In this document: piece by piece, positions 27,055 through 40,569 of the stretch
Layout: each line of letters starts with the position of its first letter
Numbering within the stretch: the stretch's first letter is position 1
Origin: Amphiscolops sp. MND2022
Taxonomy: Eukaryota
DNA: 64,000 nucleotides
Direction of reading: 5' to 3'
NCBI GenBank assembly: GCA_964187785.1
Contig: OZ076409.1
Span: 49,726,001-49,790,000, forward strand
The notes under the pieces: model-generated
Seen by the model: only the letters and a program-made list of their open reading frames with translations
Told to the model about the DNA's origin: nothing
The model's database searches: none
Made by a program: the position numbers and the translations under genes

Positions 27055-30000
27055 CTAATTATCTTTAGGGAGCGATTTCACAGGGCTAATGTTCTTCTCC
27101 TTTTTCATATGTGATCCAACAGAATCAGCACAACTTGCAATTGGTAACGGGATGTCAATCAACTTCCGAACAACAGGACTGGGCGCAGTTGTAAGGGTAA
27201 ATTTCTCTGGAATGCGAATTGTAGTTGTCCCTGCAGCACTCGAACTTCGGCTAGAACTAGGGGCATTTTTATCCTCGAGGACTAGCCACAATCCATCCCC
27301 AACAGGAGCATTCTTCTCATAAAACCCATCCAGAGGTTTCTTTTCACCAATTCGGTGAAAATGTGTCGATGACAGCAAATGCCACACCAAAAATTTTCGT
27401 TTATGAAATAGTCCAGAACCCTGATTAACCAACTCGTAAGCCCGAGGTAGTGCAATTGAAGAGAGAAATAAGCTTTCGACCTTTTGAATGGAAGAGATAC
27501 TGCACTGCAAACTCCGAACACAAGAGGAAAACTCTTGCATATCTGATTTTAACCCAAGAAAAGTGACGATAAATGAGGGAGAAGGACTACAAGGGATTCG
27601 TAGAGTCTCGCAGCAGACCTTGAGAAGTCGAAATAATTCAAGGCGTCTCTGGAGTTCATAGTGACATGAAATAGAACTAACCCATTCAGTAGCTACAGCT
27701 ACCTTTTCAGCTCTGAGTTTAACAATAAGAGAACAATACTCATTCACAATCAAAGGCTTGGCATGGAAAAAAAACCATTTCTGTTGAACTAAATAACTGG
27801 TAAGGAGGTGAATAGAATCAGTATAATGTGCCTCGCTACCCCTCTCAATACGGCCTGATCAAAACACGATAATCCTCGTGCAAACGTGGATGGAGCTAAG
27901 TTACTCGAGAGAAGTTTGCCGAAAAGTCGGTAAAAGGCAACTGCCTGGGAAACAAAACGTCGTGGAGTAGAGATCTTGCTCCGAGTAATGAGATCGGAGA
28001 AATCCGGGTCGTGTAGGAATTCATCCACGGTTTGGTAAGGCAGTGTCTCATCGTCAAGATCCAAGTGGAGATACTTGTCCCAATCAGAAATATCGCCCGA
28101 GGAGGCAGGTAAAATCGCGAGTAACTGAGTATAGATAAAGACACAGAACTGGTTGAAGAGACGAAAGCCCCATGCTACTGTAGTATGAACTTCTCGGATC
28201 GTGGAATTGTCTGAAACAAGAAGAGGATAATGAGGAAAGAACACAAACGATACCATCAGGAAAACAAAACAAGATGCTAACACTGGCTCAGAACATTTCG
28301 AGTTATGAAGAGTCGCGCTACAAAGACCCGGTCTTTGATCAAAATGTCATCCATCCCAACTGGCTGAAAAAGAAAACAAAAATTCAAAACCAGAACATAC
28401 AAGGAAATACGAGTTGAGGAAAACCAAGACCTTGCAATAACATTGGTGCGATAGAACACAAATCGAGAATATCTGAGTACTTATAAATAGATGAAATGAT
28501 GAAAACAAGAAACCGAGAAGAATACGAACATCTTGCATGTGGGATCGGTAGGCGGGGATCCGTTGGCTGTTCTTCAAATGTAAGACGACTTTATCCCAAT
28601 TGCTGATTAAGTGATCAAGAAGTTCAACAGCTTGAAGAAGATCATAGTCAAAGTTCGTGATGAGCTAAAACAACACAACCATTGACAAACCACGAACATC
28701 TCTCACAAAAGGTCGAGCTAACACGTGTCTGAAAACGACGTAACAAACATTTTAGCAAATGATTTTTGCACGTGTACTCACCAACAAAACGTGATACTAC
28801 TCCATTATGATTCACTCGATGACTTGATATGTTACATAACAATGAGTCAGAACCTATCTTGAAGAGGAAGGATGAACTGAAGAAGTCATTTATGCCGCAT
28901 TAGGCTGAGATTTTTCTGCAGTATATTGTACACTTTAACTTTAATGCAAAAACAAAAAAAGAAGATTACAACAGAGGAATCCGTAAAAACAAAAAAAATA
29001 AAGAAAAATGATCCCAAACAAAACATGAAGACCCAAACAGAAGATTCGATCCATGATACTACAGTCTAGAAAATTTCAAAAACCTGAACCCAAAATGAAC
29101 TTGAAAAACAATGTGACAATGAAATGCAAAGGAAAATCTGAACTATTACCTTCTGGAACTCTGGTAGAGCAGACAGCCAAATACTCCCTCAAGCTGACCT
29201 CAGTCGCATAAGCAGGAAATCTAACACACTACGAAAGTCAAAGCGATCGAGAACTTGCACGGACGGGATGAAGAGAATTCGTTCCAAATCTTCGGGGTCA
29301 AATTTTGGCGTCAAACAATTCTTTTTGCGATGTCGTGAAGCACGCGAAATAGTCCAGGCAAAGTGTTGCGTAAACCCACTCAAAAATAATAAGTGAACAT
29401 CATTGTTGATCAAGGAGAAACATGTGCGTCAACAGAGCGTGGAACAAAGTAGGGTTGAATACCATGAAGATACGTTGCAAAGGAGATAGAAAAGGAAAAG
29501 GTGTAACTTACGAAAGCTCGAAAAGATCGCCAATCATGCTGAGCAATCGGTTCGATAGTCTTAGTCTCTCTCACGAGGTCGTCCCACAGGGCGATTATTG
29601 TGTCGAGGTGCCCGCCGTGAGCCAATCCAAAACTTAGTAGATTCATCTGTGAGAGAATCTCTTTGTCAGGCACGTCTGTCGGGGTTCTGTCCGTTGAATC
29701 GAGTTGTCCAACACAAAGATAAGAGTCCCCTATTTTAGGAGCGACGGGTATTCCTTTCTGGTCCGCTCCTTGGCATATTTCAGTGCCATTCCAGTGATCT
29801 CATCACAATTTTTGTCATAAAGGGGAAGCCCTGGGGTTTCCATCCGGATGCGGTGCTCCTTAACAATGTGCGCGTCTGTCCTATAATGATGCAGAATCTC
29901 GATGGGGCCCTTTGTCATTAGTGAAAGTTCCACTAAACAGACTCGGCAACGGTATTTGTATGGGTATCTGGCAGCGTCGGCGAGTGCAGTGACGAAAAAC

Positions 30001-33000
30001 TTTAAGATGGGATACTTGTGGTACATCCACCCTGCTAAGACGTAACGTGGCTTTGCTCGTTTTCGTGGTTGGAATTCTTTGTCCCCTTTTAGTTGCCGTT
30101 TGATGGGTTTTTCTCGTGATAACGGCACGTCATCTCCTGAAGAAAGATCAGAATCTGAATTAGTATCAGTAACAGACTCACTGGGTTGAAAATCAGCCTG
30201 ATCATCAGCAGTCGACTGATTGGGAGATGGTGTTTCGATAGTAGTACGTTCAGTTGATTTTGGACTAGGCGTCATTTGGACTTAAGAGCTAATCAGAGGG
30301 GAGTGAAATGGCTTCCGTTCGACCTTCTCTGTAGCTTCCTCCACTGCCTCTGATAGTCAAGATCCAAGTGGAGATACTTGTCCCAATCAGAAATATCGCC
30401 CGAGGAGGCAGGTAAAATCGCGAGTAACTGAGTATAGATAAAGACACAGAACTGGTTGAAGAGACGAAAGCCCCATGCTACAGTAGTATGAACTTCTCGG
30501 ATCGTGGAATTGTCTGAAACAAGAAGAGGATAATGAGGAAAGAACACAAACGATACCATCAGGAAAACAAAACAAGATGCTAACACTGGCTCAGAACATT
30601 TCGAGTTATGAAGAGTCGCGCTACAAAGACCCGGTCTTTGATCAAAATGTCATCCATCCCAACTGGCTGAAAAAGAAAACAAAAATTCAAAACCAGAACA
30701 TACAAGGAAATACGAGTTGAGGAAAACCAAGACCTTGCAATAACATTGGTGCGATAGAACACAAATCGAGAATATCTGAGTACTTATAAATAGATGAAAT
30801 GATGAAAACAAGAAACCGAGAAGAATACGAACATCTTGCATGTGGGATCGGTAGGCGGGGATCCGTTGGCTGTTCTTCAAATGTAAGACGACTTTATCCC
30901 AATTGCTGATTAAGTGATCAAGAAGTTCAACAGCTTGAAGAAGATCATAGTCAAAGTTCGTGATGAGCTAAAACAACACAACCATTGACAAACCACGAAC
31001 ATCTCTCACAAAAAGTCGAGCTAACACGTGTCTGAAAACGACGTAACAAACATTTTAGCAAATGATTTTTGCACGTGTACTCACCAACAAAACGTGATAC
31101 TACTCCATTATGATTCACTCGATGACTTGATATGTTACATAACAATGAGTCAGAACCTATCTTGAAGAGGAAGGATGAACTGAAGAAGTCATTTATGCCG
31201 CATTAGGCTGAGATTTTTCTGCAGTATATTGTACACTTTAACTTTAATGCAAAAACAAAAAAAGAAGATTACAACAGAGGAATCCGTAAAAACGAAAAAA
31301 TAAAGAAAAATGATCCCAAACAAAACATGAAGAACCAAACAGAAGATTCGATCCATGATACTACAGTCTAGAAAATTTCAAAAACCTGAACCCAAAATGA
31401 ACTTGAAAAACAATGTGACAATGAAATGCAAAGGAAAATCTGAACTATTACCTTCTGGAACTCTGGTAGAGCAGACAGCCAAATACTCCCTCAAGCGGAC
31501 CTCAGTCGCATAAGCAGGAAATCTAACACACTACGAAAGTCAAAGCGATCGAGAACTTGCACGGACGGGATGAAGAGAATTCGTTCCAAATCTTCGGGGT
31601 CAAATTTTGGCGTCAAACAATTCTTTTTGCGATGTCGTGAAGCACGCGAAATAGTCCAGGCAAAGTGTTGCGTAAACCCACTCAAAAATAATAAGTGAAC
31701 ATCATTGTTGATCAAGGAGAAACATGTGCGTCAACAGAGCGTGGAACAAAGTAGGGTTGAATACCATGAAGATACGTTGCAAAGGAGATAGAAAAGGAAA
31801 AGGTGTAACTTACGAAAGCTCGAAAAGATCGCCAATCATGCTGAGCAATCGGTTCGATAGTCTTAGTCTCTCTCACGAGGTCGTCCCACAGGGCGATTAT
31901 TGTGTCGAGGTGCCCGCCGTGAGCCAATCCAAAACTTAGTAGATTCATCTGTGAGAGAATCTCTTTGTCAGGCACGTCTGCCGGGGTTCTGTCCGTTGAA
32001 TCGAGTTGTCCAACACGAAGATAAGAGTCCCCTAACTTAGGAGCGACGGGTATTCCTTTCTGGTCCGCTCCTTGGCATATTTCAGTGCCATTCCAGTGAT
32101 CTCATCACAATTTTTGTCATAAAGGGGAAGCCCTGGGGTTTCCATCCGGATGCGGTGCTCCTTAACAATGTGCGCGTCTGTCCTATAATGATGCAGAATC
32201 TCGATGGGGCCCTTTGTCATTAGTGAAAGTTCCACTAAACAGACTCGGCAACGGTATTTGTATGGGTATCTGGCAGCGTCGGCGAGTGCAGTGACGAAAA
32301 ACTTTAAGATGGGATACTTGTGGTACATCCACCCTGCTAAGACGTAACGTGGCTTTGCTCGTTTTCGTGGTTGGAATTCTTTGTCCCCTTTTAGTTGCCG
32401 TTTGATGGGTTTTTCTCGTGATAACGGCACGTCATCTCCTGAAGAAAGATCAGAATCTGAATTAGTATCAGTAACAGACTCACTGGGTTGAAAATCAGCC
32501 TGATCATCAGCAGTCGACTGATTGGGAGATGGTGTTTCGATAGTAGTACGTTCAGTTGATTTTGGACTAGGCGTCATTTGGACTTAAGAGCTAATCAGAG
32601 GGGAGTGAAATGGCTTCCGTTCGACCTTCTCTGTAGCTTCCTCCACTGCCTCTGATAGAAGTTTTTCTAACCTTGTTTCCCGTGTAATTCCTGAGTCAAT
32701 GTTCGCGGTATCAGGGCTAGCAGTGGTAGGCGAAACCGCCTTGTCTCCAGCTTCCTGTGACGAACTTCCGTCCTTCTTCGGGGTGAGCTTATGGATGAAC
32801 TGTGTGAACGGGAATCCCAATACTCCAGAACTTTGTGATTTAGTAACTGTCCGGGAGGAAATTTTCTCAACCTTATCAGGGACATTTTTTTTACCGAGAG
32901 AGACTTAGAAGTACCAGGAAGAACACCTTCGATCGGGCTGTTCACAGCAGGGGTTACGGCAGTTGGAGGCGTTATAACCTTCTTTGCTTCGGCAGTAGGG

Positions 33001-33548
33001 TTAGTGGTTCCGCCGGGAAGATCTGTCGTTTCCACTAATTGGTTGAAATCGTCGTCGAGGAGAACTTGTGGGGTGAATTCGGCTGGCAGTTTATTCTCAT
33101 CAAGAGAAAATCTTGGGTTGTAACCACACTCCAATAACGTTCTTTGAATCCGTTTGGTCTTCTTAGGGATGGATAAATTTGGGACAACGCTCTGTTGGTT
33201 TGCTGGAGTAGAATCTGAAACAAAATTTGGAATCTGTGCGGAAGAAAGCAAACAGGAATTTGATGTTTCCGATTAAAATTTGGAAACAGGAAGTTGACAA
33301 ATCAGAAGATAGTCGATTAATATGTGAGTCTGGCCAACTTACATTGAAATTCGATACGTCTCAGAAAAACAAAATACCGCCTGGCAATGCCAGAGAAACC
33401 ATTCAAACTCAAGCCTACCACAATCTCGGAGTGAAGTTTCATGTTGGAGGCCCATGGAAGCTGATCGCAGTTTCATCGATGTAGTCCGTGGACGGCTTGC
33501 CGACGAAGACCGCTTAGAGCGGGAAGAAACAGGACTGGCTTTTACCAT
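27055..33548 (-). pseudogene. Antisense, spliced accessory gene in the Gypsy element; BED-like zinc finger, possibly hAT-transposase-derived
   Basis: Chain of minus-strand ORFs from MVKASPVSS. Zinc finger CRVC-x15-HYRTDAH. Minus-strand GT-AG introns at 29149-28916 and 28781-28729. C-terminal FVSQAVAFY...RGLSCFD. Confidence 0.6.
28053..32657. repeat. Tandem duplication, ~2303-bp unit x2
   Basis: 28053-30355 ~ 30356-32657, with about nine differences seen by eye. Confidence 0.97.
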
Positions 33549-34689
33549 CCCAGGGGAAAAATAAAAACAGACTGAAGTAATTGGGATTCGACAAAACGAA
33601 AAGAATTGTAGAAACTAGTGATCGATATAACCTAATGCTAGATTTAAAAATAATCGAGAAAACAAAACTGTTTCTATAGGCGAAATTAGAAACACAAGAC
33701 AGTACGAAATGGTGCAGCAATTTAGAGTGCAGGGAGGACGAAACGGAATTGACTTCGAACTTTGTACCAAACAGTGATGCGGCGTGGCTTCCGACTGACA
33801 AATTCAGAGCATGACAAATTAACATATTTGCGCAAATACTGTGCGCTGATTGGATGAGCTTATTACGGACCAATCAGATCTGCCAGAGATATTGGTGTCC
33901 TAAACAGCATAGCTGAAACGATTTACGCATACATGATGCTCCGCCCCTTAGTGGCAGTTCATTGCCACGTGCGGAAACAGACAGTATTATACAGTATAAT
34001 ACCAACTTAGTGACCTAAAATAAATCAAAACCATATGACTACATTTTTCATTCTCATTGATAACTAATCATCACGCATCAAACATATGACAGATTTGTGC
34101 TGAAATAGGTATCATGAAGCAGTATGTACATGATTTAGGAAAATGAATTAAATTAATTTCGAAATTTGTCGTGTGTTTTAATTGTGAGTCATGTAATTTG
34201 TTTTTATTTTATACCTTTACTGATGATGTTATTTAGAATGCATGCATTGTTCCCCATATAAGGAAACGAAAAACCACAAAAATAATTTAAATGCATTATA
34301 GAATTTGTTGTTCAAATTCCCATTCAAAAAATTGTTTACAATTAATTTTCATCGTTGAAACCCTGTGAAGTGTAGAGACCGAAGAGATTATCACCATAAA
34401 TGAAAATCATGAGGTGAACAGTATCTTGTTATGGAACTATTTAAAAGAAGAAGTAAGAATATAACCCTACGCCTTCTATGGAATTGCCGGGAAAGTCATA
34501 AACTAGAAGAGGGATGGCATCAAGAATTGTTTACAACACCCTTAAAACCCAGGAAAAAACTCATCAACTGAAAAGAAGTGAGAACTTTTTATTCTGCGAA
34601 TTTTCACAAAACAAATCAGTTGCTAATTTGAAACTCAAATTGACAAAAAATATCCCAAAAACTCTCACCTCTTCTCAATTTACGAAGAC

Positions 34690-35778
34690 ATGCGATCTGT
34701 TTCTACAAACTCTCCCGGATTGATAAATATTTCGAGCTACTCTGGGGAGGAGTTTCTGACTGAACAACCTAACTCAGAACCCATAGACCTGAGTTTCAGA
34801 ATCGGGGGACCACTTAATGATCCGATGACCGCATTCGTAAATGGAGATGCTGCAAGATTGTTCGCCGTAAGCGAACCTGAATCGAGACAAGATTCTGTGA
34901 TTGATATCACAGGTACTGATATCGAAAAAGAAATGCTGAGCATGATCTCAGAGGATACTGAATTGCCTAACACTTCACCGATTTCATTCTTCGAATCGAG
35001 CGGGAGCAATAGTGAGGAATTGCTGTTAAATGCCAACTTCGCAAATGTCCCTAGAAACAACCATGATAGACCTGTGTTGGCTGTTCCGCCTGTAAGAGCC
35101 GAAAGATCGGCAAGACAAATACCTATACGGTCTGATACTGACGGCAATATCCCTTCAGCTGTCGTCCAAGGAAATGGGCCGATCAGACTCATACCTATTA
35201 CGCCCGTGGTTATTTCACATGAGATTCCCCAACCAAACTAAACTCGCCCATATAACGAGGGGGGAATTCTGCAAACACCTATGTACAATGTACCGGCTAC
35301 TCAATTCCAGTTATCAAATTTAGCTCCTCAAAACATCATGCAACTCCCATATAACCCGAATACAGAGATACTGCAATCAGATGGGCCTGTTAATGTTGCA
35401 TATTATTACAACGCCAATAGTCAGTTCTACCTGGATTCCCAAGGCACTCATAGCAACATGGAGTTGACTGATGTGGGTTCTGCCCAAGGAGACAATGCTC
35501 CACGACAGCAGAGAAGCCCCTTACGAAGGCAACTCAACCCTCCTGTTATGCGTCATGTTCAGGGGAATTGTCACTGGTGTGGCAGAACTTACGACGAAGT
35601 TGCCCTTGATGCTCTGGCGGCCTACGAAGCTGCGACTGAATACCCAGGCGAGACAGTGAGAGGTAGAAACACCAGGTCGCGGGCCTACCTAGATGGGTTT
35701 GAGGCAGCACTCATTTGCTTCAAGAATGCTGGCCTGTCGCAGCCTAGAGCTTGCGTTGGATCCGCGGTGCAGCATTGA
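34690..35778 (+). pseudogene. LTR-borne ORF of unknown function (copy 1), one in-frame stop
   Basis: ORFs 34690-35241 and 35281-35778 share a frame. Low-complexity N-terminus and a CHWC motif near the C-terminus. Confidence 0.6.
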
Positions 35779-37864
35779 GGCAAATGACTCACCCATCCGC
35801 AGTGAATAGAGAGAAAACTCATCGCTTCATGAAACTTATTTTGTATGGATTTATACATAATTTCAGATTATCAGCTATGCCTGAATTTGTTTGCTACTGT
35901 TGCTAGTTCATTTTTGTGAAACAACAATCATTCATAAATAATGTACCAGATATTACAAGGTGTTAAAGTATTTGACATATAACACCGCTTAGTACGCATT
36001 TTGGCAAAATGAATAAATTATACGTGGCTTCTATGAGGCAATAACGCATTCTGACTAAAGTGTTTGAATTGAACTGCTGTACTAAGTTGGCAGCATATTG
36101 CAGTATAATTTCGTATTTCCAATACTTTAATCATGACATTTGAGAGTATGATTCATCACAACAATCTGGTCACACGGGCAGTAATGTGTTAGAGTTAATA
36201 CTTGCAATACATATGAGTCATACTACATACTGTCATTATCATGATTTTCTCATTAACGTTGAACAAGATGGGTGCTGTTAGTGTAGTAACCAATCAGAAC
36301 GCAGGAAAATTTTCGTCATGCAGGAATCTACTTATCGAAGTGAGGTAACTTACAAACCTATTTTTATACCAAATTGGGTACTATTTTTAGTGATTATATA
36401 ATCATGATTTAACCATGATTTTCCAAAAATTGGTCGTAACGCTGCTAAATTTAGCCCAAATCAAAAAGGAGTGAAAAACCCAAAAATATTCAATTAACAA
36501 AAAGCCTTCATACCGATCAGGCCTTTCTTTTCACCCTTTCAACTTTGGTTTGCTGGAGTAGAATCTGAAACAAAATTTGGAATCTGTGCGGAAGAAAGCA
36601 AACAGGAATTTGATGTTTCCGATTAAAATTTGGAAACAGGAAGTTGACAAATCAGAAGATAGTCGATTAATATGTGAGTCTGGCCAACTTACATTGAAAT
36701 TCGATACGTCTCAGAAAAACAAAATACCGCCTGGCAATGCCAGAGAAACCATTCAAACTCAAGCCTACCACAATCTCGGAGTGAAGTTTCATGTTGGAGG
36801 CCCATGGAAGCTGATCGCAGTTTCATCGATGTAGTCCGTGGACGGCTTGCCGACGAAGACCGCTTAGAGCGGGAAGAAACAGGACTGGCTTTTACCATCC
36901 CAGGGGAAAAATAAAAACAGACTGAAGTAATTGGGATTCGACAAAACGAAAAGAATTGTAGAAACTAGTGATCGATATAACCTAATGCTAGATTTAAAAA
37001 TAATCGAGAAAACAAAACTGTTTCTATAGGCGAAATTAGAAACACAAGACAGTACGAAATGGTGCAGCAATTTAGAGTGCAGGGAGGACGAAACGGAATT
37101 GACTTCGAACTTTGTACCAAACAGTGATGCGGCGTGGCTTCCGACTGACAAATTCAGAGCATGACAAATTAACATATTTGCGCAAATACTGTGCGCTGAT
37201 TGGATGAGCTTATTACGGACCAATCAGATCTGCCAGAGATATTGGTGTCCTAAACAGCATAGCTGAAACGATTTACGCATACATGATGCTCCGCCCCTTA
37301 GTGGCAGTTCATTGCCACGTGCGGAAACAGACAGTATTATACAGTATAATACCAACTTAGTGACCTAAAATAAATCAAAACCATATGACTACATTTTTCA
37401 TTCTCATTGATAACTAATCATCACGCATCAAACATATGACAGATTTGTGCTGAAATAGGTATCATGAAGCAGTATGTACATGATTTAGGAAAATGAATTA
37501 AATTAATTTCGAAATTTGTCGTGTGTTTTAATTGTGAGTCATGTAATTTGTTTTTATTTTATACCTTTACTGATGATGTTATTTAGAATGCATGCATTGT
37601 TCCCCATATAAGGAAACGAAAAACCACAAAAATAATTTAAATGCATTATAGAATTTGTTGTTCAAATTCCCATTCAAAAAATTGTTTACAATTAATTTTC
37701 ATCGTTGAAACCCTGTGAAGTGTAGAGACCGAAGAGATTATCACCATAAATGAAAATCATGAGGTGAACAGTATCTTGTTATGGAACTATTTAAAAGAAG
37801 AAGTAAGAATATAACCCTACGCCTTCTATGGAATTGCCGGGAAAGTCATAAACTAGAAGAGGGA

Positions 37865-40566
37865 TGGCATCAAGAATTGTTTACAACACCCTTAAAACCC
37901 AGGAAAAAACTCATCAACTGAAAAGAAGTGAGAACTTTTTATTCTGCGAATTTTCACAAAACGAATCAGTTGCTAATTTGAAACTCAAATTGACAAAAAA
38001 TATCCCAAAAACTCTCACCTCTTCTCAATTTACGAAGACATGCGATCTGTTTCTACAAACTCTCCCGGATTGATAAATATTTCGAGCTACTCTGGGGAGG
38101 AGTTTCTGACTGAACAACCTAACTCAGAACCCATAGACCTGAGTTTCAGAATCGGGGGACCACTTAATGATCCGATGACCGCATTCGTAAATGGAGATGC
38201 TGCAAGATTGTTCGCCGTAAGCGAACCTGAATCGAGACAAGATTCTGTGATTGATATCACAGGTACTGATATCGAAAAAGAAATGCTGAGCATGATCTCA
38301 GAGGATACTGAATTGCCTAACACTTCACCGATTTCATTCTTCGAATCGAGCGGGAGCAATAGTGAGGAATTGCTGTTAAATGCCAACTTCGCAAATGTCC
38401 CTAGAAACAACCATGATAGACCTGTGTTGGCTGTTCCGCCTGTAAGAGCCGAAAGATCGGCAAGACAAATACCTATACGGTCTGATACTGACGGCAATAT
38501 CCCTTCAGCTGTCGTCCAAGGAAATGGGCCGATCAGACTCATACCTATTACGCCCGTGGTTATTTCACATGAGATTCCCCAACCAAACTAAACTCGCCCA
38601 TATAACGAGGGGGGAATTCTGCAAACACCTATGTACAATGTACCGGCTACTCAATTCCAGTTATCACATTTAGCTCCTCAAAACATCATGCAACTCCCAT
38701 ATAACCCGAATACAGAGATACTGCAATCAGATGGGCCTGTTAATGTTGCATATTATTACAACGCCAATAGTCAGTTCTACCTGGATTCCCAAGGCACTCA
38801 TAGCAACATGGAGTTGACTGATGTGGGTTCTGCCCAAGGAGACAATGCTCCACGACAGCAGAGAAGCCCCTTACGAAGGCAACTCAACCCTCCTGTTATG
38901 CGTCATGTTCAGGGGAATTGTCACTGGTGTGGCAGAACTTACGACGAAGTTGCCCTTGATGCTCTGGCGGCCTACGAAGCTGCGACTGAATACCCAGGCG
39001 AGACAGTGAGAGGTAGAAACACCAGGTCGCGGGCCTACCTAGATGGGTTTGAGGCAGCACTCATTTGCTTCAAGAATGCTGGCCTGTCGCAGCCTAGAGC
39101 TTGCGTTGGATCCGCGGTGCAGCATTGAGGCAAATGACTCACCCATCCGCAGTGAATAGAGAGAAAACTCGTCGCTTCATGAAACTTATTTTGTATGGAT
39201 TTATACATAATTTCAGATTATCAGCTATGCCTGAATTTGTTTGCTACTGTTGCTAGTTCATTTTTGTGAAACAACAATCATTCATAAATAATGTACCAGA
39301 TATTACAAGGTGTTAAAGTATTTGACATATAACACCGCTTAGTACGCATTTTGGCAAAATGAATAAATTATACGTGGCTTCTATGAGGCAATAACGCATT
39401 CTGACTAAAGTGTTTGAATTGAACTGCTGTACTAAGTTGGCAGCATATTGCAGTATAATTTCGTATTTCCAATACTTTAATCATGACATTTGAGAGTATG
39501 ATTCATCACAACAATCTGGTCACACGGGCAGTAATGTGTTAGAGTTAATACTTGCAATACATATGAGTCATACTACATACTGTCATTATCATGATTTTCT
39601 CATTAACGTTGAACAAGATGGGTGCTGTTAGTGTAGTAACCAATCAGAACGCAGGAAAATTTTCGTCATGCAGGAATCTACTTATCGAAGTGAGGTAACT
39701 TACAAACCTATTTTTATACCAAATTGGGTACTATTTTTAGTGATTATATAATCATGATTTAACCATGATTTTCCAAAAATTGGTCGTAACGCTGCTAAAT
39801 TTAGCCCAAATCAAAAAGGAGTGAAAAACCCAAAAATATTCAATTAACAAAAAGCCTTCATACCGATCAGGCCTTTCTTTTCACCCTTTCAACTTTTGTT
39901 TTTAGCTTTGAAAACATAACAATATGTACAATTTTCTCAACTTTGTTTCAACTCCGTTTTACTTTGCTCATCAATCTAATTGAAGTTCTTCTATCCAAAA
40001 CAGCAATTTAACCTGACTAGAATGGGTAACAAAAAGAAATAGAAGATCTAGAAAAGGACAGTCACCCTCACTTGAGAGAGAATTGAACACTTTCAAAATA
40101 GAAACATCACAAGGTAATGAAACTGTTATCGAAACTTTAGGGAACTTTGGAAATGTTAGTTCGGTTAGGAACGATGAAGCAGTTTTAGATTGCGGAACAC
40201 AGAGTGAAAATGAAATGCAATTCTGGACCCAAAATTTATCTGATAAGACGAATAAGGAAGTAACAATCTTAAGAAAGGAAATGGATGAGAAACTGGAGAC
40301 AGTGTTGTTGAAAGAGATAAAAATAGCAGAAGAACACAATCCGTGCCAAGCTGGCGATATCAAGAGCAAAACACCCTTAAAGCGGGAACTTCAAAACACA
40401 TAGATAACGAAGACGGTGAAGAAAACCCATCTGAACCAGAAAATCAGGAATGTGAAATACAGGATAATCTTTTCAGGCCATACAAAAAGAACGAACTCAG
40501 AACACCAATGAATGAATCTAAATGACTCTGTGGTCCTAAATGAAGACCGTACATGAGAGGATGATC
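37865..40566 (+). repeat. Gypsy 3' LTR (~2.7 kb, 5' boundary inferred)
   Basis: Purine tract AGAAGAGGGA (37855-37864) followed by TG. The 3' end coincides with the end of homology to the left LTR. Confidence 0.55.
38040..39128 (+). pseudogene. LTR-borne ORF (copy 2)
   Basis: Near-identical to 34690-35778, with the same stop. Confidence 0.6.
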
Positions 40567-40569
40567 TTA

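Larger units (their letters stand above)
33195..39894. repeat. Tandem duplication, 3350-bp unit x2
   Basis: 33195-36544 ~ 36545-39894, with about three substitutions seen and TT microhomology at the junction. Confidence 0.97.
19797..40566 (+). mobile_element. Large Ty3/Gypsy LTR retrotransposon with accessory genes
   Basis: Direct repeat 19800-21100 ~ 39265-40566. gag-pol in PR-RT-RH-IN order. Extra ORFs downstream of IN. Confidence 0.9.

Noticed and set aside
26900..35800. Envelope gene in the large Gypsy element
   Set aside because: No signal peptide, furin site or transmembrane anchor is evident in the extra ORFs, and the main one is antisense.
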